Origin: Verrucomicrobiia bacterium
GTDB taxonomy: Bacteria > Verrucomicrobiota > Verrucomicrobiia > Limisphaerales > UBA1319
Direction: 5' to 3'
DNA: 64,000 nucleotides
Assembly: GCA_963664225.1 (NCBI GenBank)
Contig: OY760937.1
Coordinates: forward strand, 2,464,001 to 2,528,000
Shown here: positions 28,983-38,136 of the stretch, in pieces
Layout: the number at the start of each line of letters is the position of its first letter
How positions within the stretch are numbered: position 1 is the first letter of the stretch
Position numbers and translations under genes: made by a program
Notes under the pieces: model-generated
Seen by the model: only the letters and a program-made list of their open reading frames with translations
What the model was told of the DNA's origin: nothing
Databases searched by the model: none

Positions 28983-31900
28983 CTACGAGAGCACTTCCAG
29001 CGCCTCGGCCATGGTGGTCAGGAGCGGGATGTTGTCGATGCGCGTGACATAGCCCTCGGCATCGCGCTCCACTTCCTTCTGGCACATCACGACGGTTTGC
29101 GCATGAGGCACCATCACGCCCAACCGCTCGGGCGGGAAGGCCATGACCAGTTGCAATTGGAAAACCTTCGCCAGCGCGAGGCAGTCCTCGATGCCGTCGC
29201 CGGAGAGTTTTGAAAAGGCCTCGTCCATCACCACAAGCCCGAGTTGTTGGGCGCGCGTGGAATTACGATCGCCGCGATCATAAACCCGCCGGAACGCCGC
29301 AAGCATCGAGATGAAGAAGGGCGCCTGGTTCTCACCGCCGGAAAGATTGCGTCCGCTGCGGCCCAGCGAAATGGGTGGCGCATCGGGCCGGTCCGCGGGC
29401 ACCATCTCCAAATCGTAGTGATTGTAGTTGCGGTAATCCAGAAGGCGGCGGGCGCGGTCATCGCTCTTGTCGGTGGCATCGACGGCCTTCATCAACTCCT
29501 CTTTTGCACGCTGCACTTCACTTTGATCCACGGCGGCAATCAGCGGATCGGTCGGCTCCAGTCCGGTGTCGAGCAAACGCCAGATGGCGCCGTAGCCCGC
29601 GACATCCCGCCGCTGGCTGATGCGATAACGGTATTTGCCAATGGGCTGGTTCAGATAACGATCCAGCAGGCGAATGGTGTTTTGCGCGTTCGCAATGCGG
29701 CTGTTGAGTTCGTTGAGAACATTCTCTTCGAGCCGTTGCTCCCAGGCGAGCTTGCAGTCGGCGGCGAGTTGACGCGACTTCTCCAGTTCGATGGTTTCGA
29801 GCACACGCAGCCGGTTCGCCCAGGCCTCATTGCTTTCGTCATCGGACGGAAATTCCCGCTGGTATTCCGGATGGCGCAGGTTTCCCAGAGTGTCACGCGC
29901 CGAGGCCAACCGTTCGCGTTCGGCATTGCGCTGGGCGCGCGCGCCAATGGCTTGTTCGCCTGCGGTCTTCGCTTCCGCCTGAACGGCTGCGAAACAATCC
30001 AGCCACCTGAAATAACGGGCACGAAATCGGTCGCGTTCGGCATTCAACTCCGCATCGAGAATTCCAGGGTGACGTCGGCTCAATTCCACACGACCGGCCT
30101 CGGAGTCGAACCGCGCCTTTCGCGCTTCCTCGACGGCGCGCTCGAGCGCTTCGCGCACGGGGCGCGCGGTCAGCTCAAAATTGTTTTTGCGCTCGGTGAG
30201 CACGGCCATTCGCGAGAGCGCCGTCTTATGCTCGGCTTCCAATTGCTTCAAACGGCTCTGGCGGGCCTCCAACTCGGGCGTCATCAGGAGGCGAATGGTT
30301 TCGCAGGCGCGGTTGAGGTTTGATTCAAGCTCCGGCAATTGCGATAACTCACCCGCGCGATCCGGCGGCGTGATGTCGGCCAGCCCGTTCGAGCGGCCGG
30401 AATCGAGCCACGAGCGGACATCGGCCCGACGCTGACTCATGTTTTCGTGCAGCGCGCGCGTCTCATTAAAATCCCGCTGCTTGGCGGCGCGCATGCGTTC
30501 CAGCCCTTCGCGGCCGAGCGTTAATTCCACGTTCGCACCGGCCTTGAGACGCTGGCGCAACGGCGCATCCTTGAACAACCCATCCGGCGTCACCGCGCGC
30601 GCGGCCAGGTTGGATTCCATTTCCGCGGCGGTTTCACAACAGATGACGCCCCCGAGCAGTTGTTCCACAAAAACCCGCGCCAGCGGATGGCTGACCTCCA
30701 CCTTGCTGATCAACGAATTCTCAAGCGCTGTCGTTTGCGACGCGCGAACTTCGGCAGGATTCAACAGCGGCTCGATCTCCCGACCGGGTGCGGTGATGCG
30801 GAGCACTTCGAGGGCCGTGCGATAATCCGTCGTGTCCTTGACCACCAGCGCCCAGCGGTGCGATCCAAGCATGGATTCCAGTACGGGCCACCAGCGTTCG
30901 GCCTCGGGTTTGACTTCGATCAAACGTCCCAATTGCTCGACACGATCCCCCAACTTGGAACGCAGCGCGGTGAACAGGGGGAACGCACCCGGCGCGCGGC
31001 CTCCGGCAAGATGCGCGAGGTCCTCGGTCAATTGCTGAAGCCGGTCCTTCGCCTGTTTGATTTTGTCGTCCAGGGGGCGCATGAGTTCCTGCACGCGATT
31101 CCAGGAATCGTTAAACCACGTCGCCAGCTTGTGCATGGCCTCGAGCCGCTCCGCATCGGTGCCGGAACGCAGTCCCAGCAGCAGCGCATCATTCACCGCC
31201 AGGATTTCATTCAAGCCTTCCAGCGCGAGCCCCGAGCCGTGCCGGAGCCATTGAATCCAGCGTTCGTGGCGTGCGTCCAGTTGCTGGCGCAGGGATTTTT
31301 GCGCCTCCCGAAGAGCCGCCACTTTCGCCTGCAGCTCTGACCTGTCGTTCTCGAGTTTCGCGATCTTGACCGCATCCGGATTCCCGGCAATTTCGAATCG
31401 CACCTCATCGAGCAGACGCCGGGCTGCGGCCTCTTCAGCACCGGCCTTGTCCAGTTGCTCCAGAGCCCCCGCGTGCTCGGTTTCCATGCGCTTCAACTGC
31501 GCGGCACGCTCTTCCTGATCTTCCTGGGCCTGCAGCAGCCGCAGGTTCTTCAAGGTTTGCTGCAGGATTGAATCGGCGCGAAGTGAAGTGGCGTAAAGTT
31601 CATGCTGCGCAACAATCCGGCTCAGAAACGCCGCCTCGTCCTCCTGCTTTTCGAGCCGCAGGCGCGTGTCGTCATAGGCGCGCAACGCCGTGCGCACATC
31701 GCGCACATCCAGCGGGCTTTCCTCGAGAATGAATTCGCGAATGAAGGTCTCCACGTTTTCCTCCGGCTCGAACGCGATGGCCTTGGGGAACGTGCGCATG
31801 AACGCCGCCGTGTCAAAATGCAGATGCCGTGGCGCGGCCATTTCCTCGAGATAATCGCGTTGCCGGGCGAAGAGACTGTCATTGCCATATTCGCGGCGCA

Positions 31901-32384
31901 GCCACGAACGAAACGCCTCCTCCGAGAGCAGGTTCTTCCCATCGGGCGCGAGCATCGCGTATTCGACCCGCTCCGGGATGCAGAAGTAAGTCTGTCGGGC
32001 TGCGGCATCGGGGCTGGTGAATTCAATGCGAATGCCCCAGGTCTCGCGTTGCAGTTCCTTCACGTTCCGCTCTGCCGGACGCGTGAATTCCAGCGCCGCA
32101 AACGCCACCCCACTCTGGCGCAAAAAATGACGCTGACCATTGCGCGACTGGTTGGTGTCACCCAGGCAGTAACTCAATAGATCGCGTCCGCGTGCGTTTC
32201 CTGCGGCGGCGCGGTTGGCCTTCCAATGTTCTCCCAGGAGAACATATTGGAGCAAATCCAACAGCGCGGATTTGCCGGTGCCGAACGCGCCCGAGATCAG
32301 GACGTTGTCGTCCACGTCGAAGATCTGCCGGAAGCCGTACCAGTTCAGGGCGATGATGCGGGTCAAAGAAATGCGCTGGCTCAT
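28983..32384 (-). CDS. jetC: Wadjet SMC/MukB-like ATPase JetC
   Basis: LNWYGF, Walker A GAFGTGKS, long coiled coils, LDYR, LSGGENQ, Walker B VMDEAFSKL. Confidence 0.9.
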   Translation of the reverse strand: MSQRISLTRIIALNWYGFRQIFDVDDNVLISGAFGTGKSALLDLLQYVLLGEHWKANRAAAGNARGRDLLSYCLGDTNQSRNGQRHFLRQSGVAFAALEFTRPAERNVKELQRETWGIRIEFTSPDAAARQTYFCIPERVEYAMLAPDGKNLLSEEAFRSWLRREYGNDSLFARQRDYLEEMAAPRHLHFDTAAFMRTFPKAIAFEPEENVETFIREFILEESPLDVRDVRTALRAYDDTRLRLEKQEDEAAFLSRIVAQHELYATSLRADSILQQTLKNLRLLQAQEDQEERAAQLKRMETEHAGALEQLDKAGAEEAAARRLLDEVRFEIAGNPDAVKIAKLENDRSELQAKVAALREAQKSLRQQLDARHERWIQWLRHGSGLALEGLNEILAVNDALLLGLRSGTDAERLEAMHKLATWFNDSWNRVQELMRPLDDKIKQAKDRLQQLTEDLAHLAGGRAPGAFPLFTALRSKLGDRVEQLGRLIEVKPEAERWWPVLESMLGSHRWALVVKDTTDYRTALEVLRITAPGREIEPLLNPAEVRASQTTALENSLISKVEVSHPLARVFVEQLLGGVICCETAAEMESNLAARAVTPDGLFKDAPLRQRLKAGANVELTLGREGLERMRAAKQRDFNETRALHENMSQRRADVRSWLDSGRSNGLADITPPDRAGELSQLPELESNLNRACETIRLLMTPELEARQSRLKQLEAEHKTALSRMAVLTERKNNFELTARPVREALERAVEEARKARFDSEAGRVELSRRHPGILDAELNAERDRFRARYFRWLDCFAAVQAEAKTAGEQAIGARAQRNAERERLASARDTLGNLRHPEYQREFPSDDESNEAWANRLRVLETIELEKSRQLAADCKLAWEQRLEENVLNELNSRIANAQNTIRLLDRYLNQPIGKYRYRISQRRDVAGYGAIWRLLDTGLEPTDPLIAAVDQSEVQRAKEELMKAVDATDKSDDRARRLLDYRNYNHYDLEMVPADRPDAPPISLGRSGRNLSGGENQAPFFISMLAAFRRVYDRGDRNSTRAQQLGLVVMDEAFSKLSGDGIEDCLALAKVFQLQLVMAFPPERLGVMVPHAQTVVMCQKEVERDAEGYVTRIDNIPLLTTMAEALEVLS

Positions 32385-33022
32385 GCCTCCTCCTTTGTTT
32401 GCGGAATGGCGGTCTCAGAGTCCGGGACTGAACGATACGTCTCGACCTGTTGCGCCCAGGCGGCGGCGTTCTCAAATGGAATCGCGCGCGGCAGCGTGGG
32501 GAGAATCTCCACCTGCGAATCGCCGAAACGCTCGTTCTCCTCCGCCCACCGCAAACGCACGAGCCGGCGCTGGCGCAGCTTGTTGAGCATGTCGCGGAAT
32601 TGCGCCTCGGTCGGCAGAACCACGTTCTCGAAATAGAGCCTGAGCCGTTCCCAAATCTGATCGGCGGTAACCACCACCGTTTCCACGGTGGTCTCCATGC
32701 GCACGTCGTGGTGCATGCGCCAAAGTGTGAGCACGAGCAGCGTTTCCGCCTTGCTGAATCGCGCGATCAATCCGCAATCCCCGGGAACCGGGCGCACTTG
32801 AAAAATGGGCCGGTCGGGATCGGCGGCGAGCTCCAGATTCAACGGGGCGAAGTATTCGCCCAACTCGCGCTGATATTCCCGGGCCAGCAGATACAGCTCG
32901 CGATCGCGACCGCCATCGCCCAGCAACGCCCCGTGCGCGAGCAGTTCGGTGAGAATCTCGGAAAGCGCGCTGCGATCTTCAACGCGGATATGTTGCCAGT
33001 AGGATGGCCAGGGTAGTGACAT
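32381..33022 (-). CDS. jetB: Wadjet KITE subunit JetB (DUF4194-like)
   Basis: 213 aa, position between jetA and jetC, ATGA overlap with jetC, ETLLVLTL winged-helix pattern. Confidence 0.8.
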   Translation of the reverse strand: MSLPWPSYWQHIRVEDRSALSEILTELLAHGALLGDGGRDRELYLLAREYQRELGEYFAPLNLELAADPDRPIFQVRPVPGDCGLIARFSKAETLLVLTLWRMHHDVRMETTVETVVVTADQIWERLRLYFENVVLPTEAQFRDMLNKLRQRRLVRLRWAEENERFGDSQVEILPTLPRAIPFENAAAWAQQVETYRSVPDSETAIPQTKEEA

Positions 33023-33023
33023 G

Positions 33024-34508
33024 TCAGGTTAAGCGTTCGAGAGTGAATCGTTCCATGCGGCGGTCGGCCTCCACGTCCGTGGGAATTTTTTCCGGTGCGG
33101 TCCCGAAATCCGCGCGCGCCGGATGCACGCGCCAGCGCACGATGTGATGCGAACCGTTGGCCATGCCGCGGTCAAAGGCCAGCACGGCCAGCAAATCCAG
33201 GAGGTCGTCCTCGATATGCACATGCAGTTGCTCCGTGGATATACGCCCGCCTTTTTCCGGCAGGTGTCGCTCGATGAACCGCGCCGCGCGCTGGGGTGTA
33301 AGCACGTTTTGGTTGCGCCGCCGAATCTCGTCCTTGGCCGCTTCGGGATCGGTCTCCGCGCCCGGCGAGTTGAGCGTCAGATCCACGGTAACGCGCTGGC
33401 GACGCGGCAATGAAAGGGAGTCTGTGCCGAAAAACACTTCCACCACGGGCGCCAGCAGTTCCATCCCCGGCTCACGCGCCAGATCGGCAAATGACTGGCC
33501 CGAATATTGACGCGCGGCCTCGTCGATGTAGCTCTTCACCTGCTCCGGTCGGCGGCCCCGCATCTCCGTCTGGTAGTGATAGCGCGCCGCGGAGAGACGG
33601 CTGAAGTCCGCCATGCGCCCATCGATAAGCCGCTGTTTGTTGAGAATGGCGGCCAGTTGGCGATCGAGCTTCTGAAGCATGCGCTCCGCCTCGATGTATG
33701 CGGCGGTGTCATCGATCTCGAGGTGTTTGGCCAGGCCATCGGCCAGCCGCTTCTTGGTGAACGGATCGAACAGCGCCTCCTGGGCCACGCTCCGCGCGAG
33801 GTTCAGGCGAGGGAGCAATCCAGCCTCACGCAACGCGTCGTAGCAAACCATGTGGTCGCCCTGGTGAAAATCCACCAGCATGCGCTGAATGGTTTCGCTC
33901 GCGCTGGCGCTCTGGCGCTGGGCCGTCTCGTGCTGGCGGATGAGCGTTTCCACGGCGTGCATCTGATCCTCCGCGCGGCCCACCCGCTCCACAAGATCCT
34001 TCACCGTCTGGCGCATTTCCTCGGGGCCAAGCTTGTTCGGATCCAGCGCCCCATCGGCCAGCAAATCCCGGCAAAGCGAACGCAATGTGGCTGCAAAGTC
34101 CTTCAGCTCGGCCGGACGATCCTCCGCCAGTTCTCCCAACAAACGCAGGATTCGGCGCAACGCGGGCGCCATGAGAACATAATGCTCGTCCAAACTTGCG
34201 CGCCGGGTCTCCAGCCAGTGGGCTTCGATCAGTTTGTTGAAAAATTGTCCCGCCCGCTGGTTCCCATCGCGAAACTGTCCGCCCTCGTCCTCATCCAGCG
34301 GAATATTTTCATGCCGCGCCAGAACCTCGCGAATCAGAACGCGTGCCTGGTCATAGGGAACCTGCCCCCCCTCATCCGCCGCCTCCATCAGACGCGCCGC
34401 GCAATCGACGTAAATCGCCGCCGTCGGCCGACACAACGGACGAAACAAACCGCCCTCGAGCATCGGCGCGAGTTTCAGTCCCAGGGATTGTTCCTGTGGT
34501 GGCGGCAT
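33024..34508 (-). CDS. jetA: Wadjet kleisin subunit JetA
   Basis: About 495 aa helical protein with N-terminal LFRPL...YVD, first of four tightly coupled genes. Start could also be 34526. Confidence 0.8.
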   Translation of the reverse strand: MPPPQEQSLGLKLAPMLEGGLFRPLCRPTAAIYVDCAARLMEAADEGGQVPYDQARVLIREVLARHENIPLDEDEGGQFRDGNQRAGQFFNKLIEAHWLETRRASLDEHYVLMAPALRRILRLLGELAEDRPAELKDFAATLRSLCRDLLADGALDPNKLGPEEMRQTVKDLVERVGRAEDQMHAVETLIRQHETAQRQSASASETIQRMLVDFHQGDHMVCYDALREAGLLPRLNLARSVAQEALFDPFTKKRLADGLAKHLEIDDTAAYIEAERMLQKLDRQLAAILNKQRLIDGRMADFSRLSAARYHYQTEMRGRRPEQVKSYIDEAARQYSGQSFADLAREPGMELLAPVVEVFFGTDSLSLPRRQRVTVDLTLNSPGAETDPEAAKDEIRRRNQNVLTPQRAARFIERHLPEKGGRISTEQLHVHIEDDLLDLLAVLAFDRGMANGSHHIVRWRVHPARADFGTAPEKIPTDVEADRRMERFTLERLT

Positions 34509-34738
34509 GAAATCAGAGCTTTTCATGCGCGCGCCCATGGCGTGGACAACCCGTTTCCACACCTGAGTTTTGAATATCGTTATTGCCGCACATCACAGTA
34601 TGAAATGAATCGTAGGCCAACGCGCCGTGGAGGCAATCCCAAAGGGTCGGGCAAAGACTAAGGCGCGAAGGCGGTCTCGCTGAGTTTGCGCAACGCAATC
34701 GTGACATCCCCGCCAGACAACATTATACATATGGTATT

Positions 34739-35497
34739 GTGATCGAGGTTGAAGGATTGAATTTCGCTTATCCGGACGGCCGTAAAGCGTTAAACGATAT
34801 TACGTTCCGGGTTGAGCCAGGAGAAACCGTGGGGCTGATCGGTCCCAATGGCGCCGGCAAATCCACCCTGTTGCTCCATCTCAACGGCCTTCTGGGCATG
34901 CCCCTGACCACCGGACGCATCCGCATCAACGGTTTGGAAATGATTGCCAGCCAAATGAGCGAGATTCGCAGGCGGGTCGGCTTTCTGTTTCAAGACCCCG
35001 ACGACCAGCTTTTTTCATCCACCGTCGCCGAGGATGTCGCCTTTGGCCCGCTGCAACTCGGACTTTCCGATGACGAAGTCCACGAACGCGTCGCACAATC
35101 CCTGGCCGCCGTGAAACTGACTGGCTTCGAGTCCCGCGCTCCGCATCATCTAAGCCTTGGCGAAAAAAAACGCGTCTGCATGGCCGGCGTCTGGGCCTGC
35201 GATCCCCAGGTCCTGGTCTTTGACGAACCGACCGCCAACTTCGATCCCCGTGGCCGGCGCGAATTCATCGATCTGTGCCAATCCTTGAAGGCCACTAAAA
35301 TCATCGCCAGCCACGATCTCGAGATGATCCTCGCCCTTTGCCAGCGGGTCATCGTGATGGACGGCGGGTGTGTGGTTGCCATTGGAGAAACCCATACCAT
35401 TCTCTCCAATGAACCCCTGATGCTCGCCCACGGGTTGGAAAAGCCGCACAGTCTATTCCATCCGCATGCACATTCCCACTCCCACAGCGCCAAATGA
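34739..35497 (+). CDS. cbiO: ECF transporter ATPase (CbiO/NikO-like) with His-rich tail
   Basis: GPNGAGKST, FQDPDDQLF, LSLGEKKR, FDEPT, SHDL; tail HPHAHSHSH. Confidence 0.8.
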   Translation: MIEVEGLNFAYPDGRKALNDITFRVEPGETVGLIGPNGAGKSTLLLHLNGLLGMPLTTGRIRINGLEMIASQMSEIRRRVGFLFQDPDDQLFSSTVAEDVAFGPLQLGLSDDEVHERVAQSLAAVKLTGFESRAPHHLSLGEKKRVCMAGVWACDPQVLVFDEPTANFDPRGRREFIDLCQSLKATKIIASHDLEMILALCQRVIVMDGGCVVAIGETHTILSNEPLMLAHGLEKPHSLFHPHAHSHSHSAK

Positions 35498-36141
35498 AAC
35501 TTCTCATTACCTGCGGCCCGGCCCATGAACCGATCGACCTGGCGCGCCGCATCACCAATTTCTCCACCGGCCGGTTGGGAACCGCCTTGTGCAATGCCTT
35601 TGCTGCCCAGGGCGCCCGCGTGCATTGCTTCCGGGGTGAAGGCGCCACATGGCCGGAAACGCCCCACGCACAACACCTCGAGACCTTCACCACCAATGAA
35701 GACCTCTCAAACCGCTTGCAGGCCTTGAGCCACACGGAATCGTTCGACGCCATTTTTCACGCCGCCGCCCTCTGCGATTTCCGCGTCGAAAGCGTGCTCG
35801 ATCCCTCCGGTCAGGAAATCGCCTCCCCCAAATTCTCGACCCGCCAGGGAAACATCCACCTCGAACTCGCCCCCGCGATCAAAGTATTGCCGCGCCTGCG
35901 CGAATGGTTTCCCACCGCGTTTATTGTCGGATGGAAATACGAACTGGAAGGTTCCCAAACCACCGCATTCGAGCGCGCATGGACTCAAATCCGCGAATGC
36001 CGGTCGGACGCCTGCGTGCTCAACGGCAGCACCTACGGTCCCGGCTTCGCGCTGTGCCGCGCCGGAGCCTCCACGCATTGCCCGGATGCCGCATCGTTGG
36101 CGATCGCATTGGCTGCCGCCATTGCCGCTGCCCGAGGCTGA
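35494..36141 (+). CDS. stand-alone phosphopantothenate-cysteine ligase (CoaB/DFP domain)
   Basis: TCGPAHEPID..RRITNFSTGRLG, HAAALCDF, VGWKYE. Confidence 0.75.
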   Translation: MKLLITCGPAHEPIDLARRITNFSTGRLGTALCNAFAAQGARVHCFRGEGATWPETPHAQHLETFTTNEDLSNRLQALSHTESFDAIFHAAALCDFRVESVLDPSGQEIASPKFSTRQGNIHLELAPAIKVLPRLREWFPTAFIVGWKYELEGSQTTAFERAWTQIRECRSDACVLNGSTYGPGFALCRAGASTHCPDAASLAIALAAAIAAARG

Positions 36142-36164
36142 GGTGCATTGCACGTCTGGACGGC

Positions 36165-36191
36165 AAAAAGGGCCGGATTTGACTCCGGCCC
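36165..36191 (-). terminator. intrinsic terminator downstream of the ThuA gene
   Basis: Minus strand GGGCCGGA-GTCAAA-TCCGGCCC followed by TTTTT. Confidence 0.7.
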
Positions 36192-36213
36192 CTGATCGAT
36201 ATCCTACACCCGT

Positions 36214-36990
36214 TTAAGTCGCATTCGCTCCGGCCCAACGCACTGCGTTGCGCAGGATGCGCCGCACTTCGGGACGCATAAAGTCGTCATAGGTCTCATG
36301 GCCCGGGGTGAAGTAGAACACCCGGCCCTTGCCGACCGTCCAGCACAGCCCCATGCGCGCGTCGGACTTTGAGCCGTCGGGCTTGGTGTAGGTGCCGTTC
36401 AAAACGACCGACTCAGGGGTCGGCACGGCGAAAGGTTCCCCATAGCGCTCGATCTTGGGTAGCTCGAAATCCTTGACGTTGCGCGCGATCGGGTGATTGG
36501 CATCCTTGACCGTGATTTTCACCGAAGTGCCATCGACCACGTATTCACCCCAACTGCACGCCGTCCCCATCAACTTCTTGAAGGGCTTGCAATAATGCGA
36601 GGAGTGCAGGCCGATGAAGCCCATGCCGCCCTCCTTGACCCGCTTGATGATGCGCGCCACGTTCTCGTCTTTGACCTCATCATGACGCTTGTGGCCCCAC
36701 CACATCACCACATCCGTCTTGTTGAGGGATTCCTCCGAGCAGCCCTGCTCGGGATCGTCAATCGAGGCGGTGACCACTTCCCAATTCCTCATATTCTTGA
36801 GGCCTTCGAGAATGGCGCCGTTAATGTCGTTGGGATAAACGTCCTTCGGAGCCGTGTGCTCCGACCAGATCACCACGCGCCGCTTGTCAGGCGAAGCGAG
36901 AAGCGTGGAGGGAATCATGGCCACGGCGGTTGCCGCCGCGCCGGCCGCCAGGAATGAACGCCTGGAAAGGGATGAATGTATCGTTTTCAT
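36214..36990 (-). CDS. ThuA-domain protein with Tat signal
   Basis: SRRSFL Tat motif, WWGHKRH, GLHSSH, KLMGT, FTPGHETY. Confidence 0.9.
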   Translation of the reverse strand: MKTIHSSLSRRSFLAAGAAATAVAMIPSTLLASPDKRRVVIWSEHTAPKDVYPNDINGAILEGLKNMRNWEVVTASIDDPEQGCSEESLNKTDVVMWWGHKRHDEVKDENVARIIKRVKEGGMGFIGLHSSHYCKPFKKLMGTACSWGEYVVDGTSVKITVKDANHPIARNVKDFELPKIERYGEPFAVPTPESVVLNGTYTKPDGSKSDARMGLCWTVGKGRVFYFTPGHETYDDFMRPEVRRILRNAVRWAGANAT

Positions 36991-37181
36991 GTTTTCTATG
37001 GGTCAGATGGAAAGTTTGAGTGATCGGCAACGCTTATTCAAGGAAAAATACAGTCTCGTGGCGCAATGAAAACTTATGGTGTGGGTATGACAATGTTTTT
37101 AATACGATGCCTGCCGACAAGGCACACTGCAAGCGACCTCGCTGTTGAATCGATGTTTCCAGGAGTGACCGATACAGCGGC

Positions 37182-37739
37182 TTAGCGCGGGAGAAAATAA
37201 CCGATAATCTGGCGTGGCGAACGAACGCAGATTTGAATGTGGTCAAGGGAATGCAAACCAGAGCTTTCGTAAAGCGGTTCACCTTCCACGAAGAACGCGC
37301 GAACACTGTCAAACGGAGGCTGGCACTCTTGTGCGCGCAATTTGTGAAGTGTTTCAAAAACGGCCTTGTCAAGGTAGCGGGCTCGAAACCCTTTGCCTTT
37401 GTTTTCGGCTGGCTTAAAACCGGATTCCTTGCACAAATCCAGATAGACTTTGTATGCAGTTTTGACGAGTTCGAGATATTCTGTGTCTATGAGGTTAAGA
37501 CAATTCCCTAAATCGATGATTGCACCTAATACGCCAGGAGTTTCGAGCTTGCCCTCTTTTTTATGGTCTTGTGCCCATTGTAGGGCGCGGGCGCGACTGT
37601 CCTCCCAAAAGTAATAACCACCACCCAGCCAATCGTGCTCGTTTTCACTGGGTCTTTGTTGTTCCTGACCGTTAACGATCCTTTTCGCAACAGCCAAGTC
37701 GCAGCCATGTTAACCGAGAATGAGCGAGCGGGAAACCAT
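37182..37739 (-). pseudogene. ADP-ribosyltransferase-like toxin interrupted by premature TAA at codon 10
   Basis: From ATG 37739: M-V-S-R-S-L-I-L-G-[TAA 37712-37710]-H-G-C-D-L-A-V-A-K..., continuing in frame into the 171-aa ORF with WLGGGYYFWE and HIQICVR. Confidence 0.7.
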
Positions 37740-37906
37740 CAGCGAAATTGCGGGTTAAGCTGTCCGCGGGCGCTATAAATGCCAGTGGAAACCAAAAAGC
37801 GCCGAGCCGCTTTCTTTGAAGACGCAAGCTTGCGCGCAGCTTCACGAATTTGCTGCACCTCTTTCTTGAGGTCGCTCGATTTGATGCCTTGCGTAAGTGT
37901 TGTCAT
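37739..37906 (-). CDS. 55-aa basic protein, putative antitoxin (not in ORF track)
   Basis: MTTLTQGIKSSDLKKEVQQIREAARKLASSKKAARRFLVSTGIYSARGQLNPQFR*. GAAGAGG RBS; its TGA overlaps the next ATG (TGATG). Confidence 0.7.
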   Translation of the reverse strand: MTTLTQGIKSSDLKKEVQQIREAARKLASSKKAARRFLVSTGIYSARGQLNPQFR

Positions 37907-38040
37907 ATTGCCTCTTCAATCTATGCTCTTAACCGTCTGGTGCAAGTTTAGTTTTACATGTTCCAAATCGCCGCCCTGTCTCGGTCAAGTAACCAGCCAC
38001 GCACTGCTCGATCATGCGTTATTGCACACGACCGCAGCAC

Positions 38041-38079
38041 AAAAAAAGGTCTGTTGCAGACGGAAATCCGCAACAGACC
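38041..38079 (-). terminator. intrinsic terminator of rpoD
   Basis: GGTCTGTTGC/GCAACAGACC 10-bp stem, followed by T7 on the minus strand. Confidence 0.85.
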
Positions 38080-38136
38080 CTGAAAAGAATCGAATCGATT
38101 GACAGGCTTTGGGCCTAACGCCTGAAGCCTAAACCC

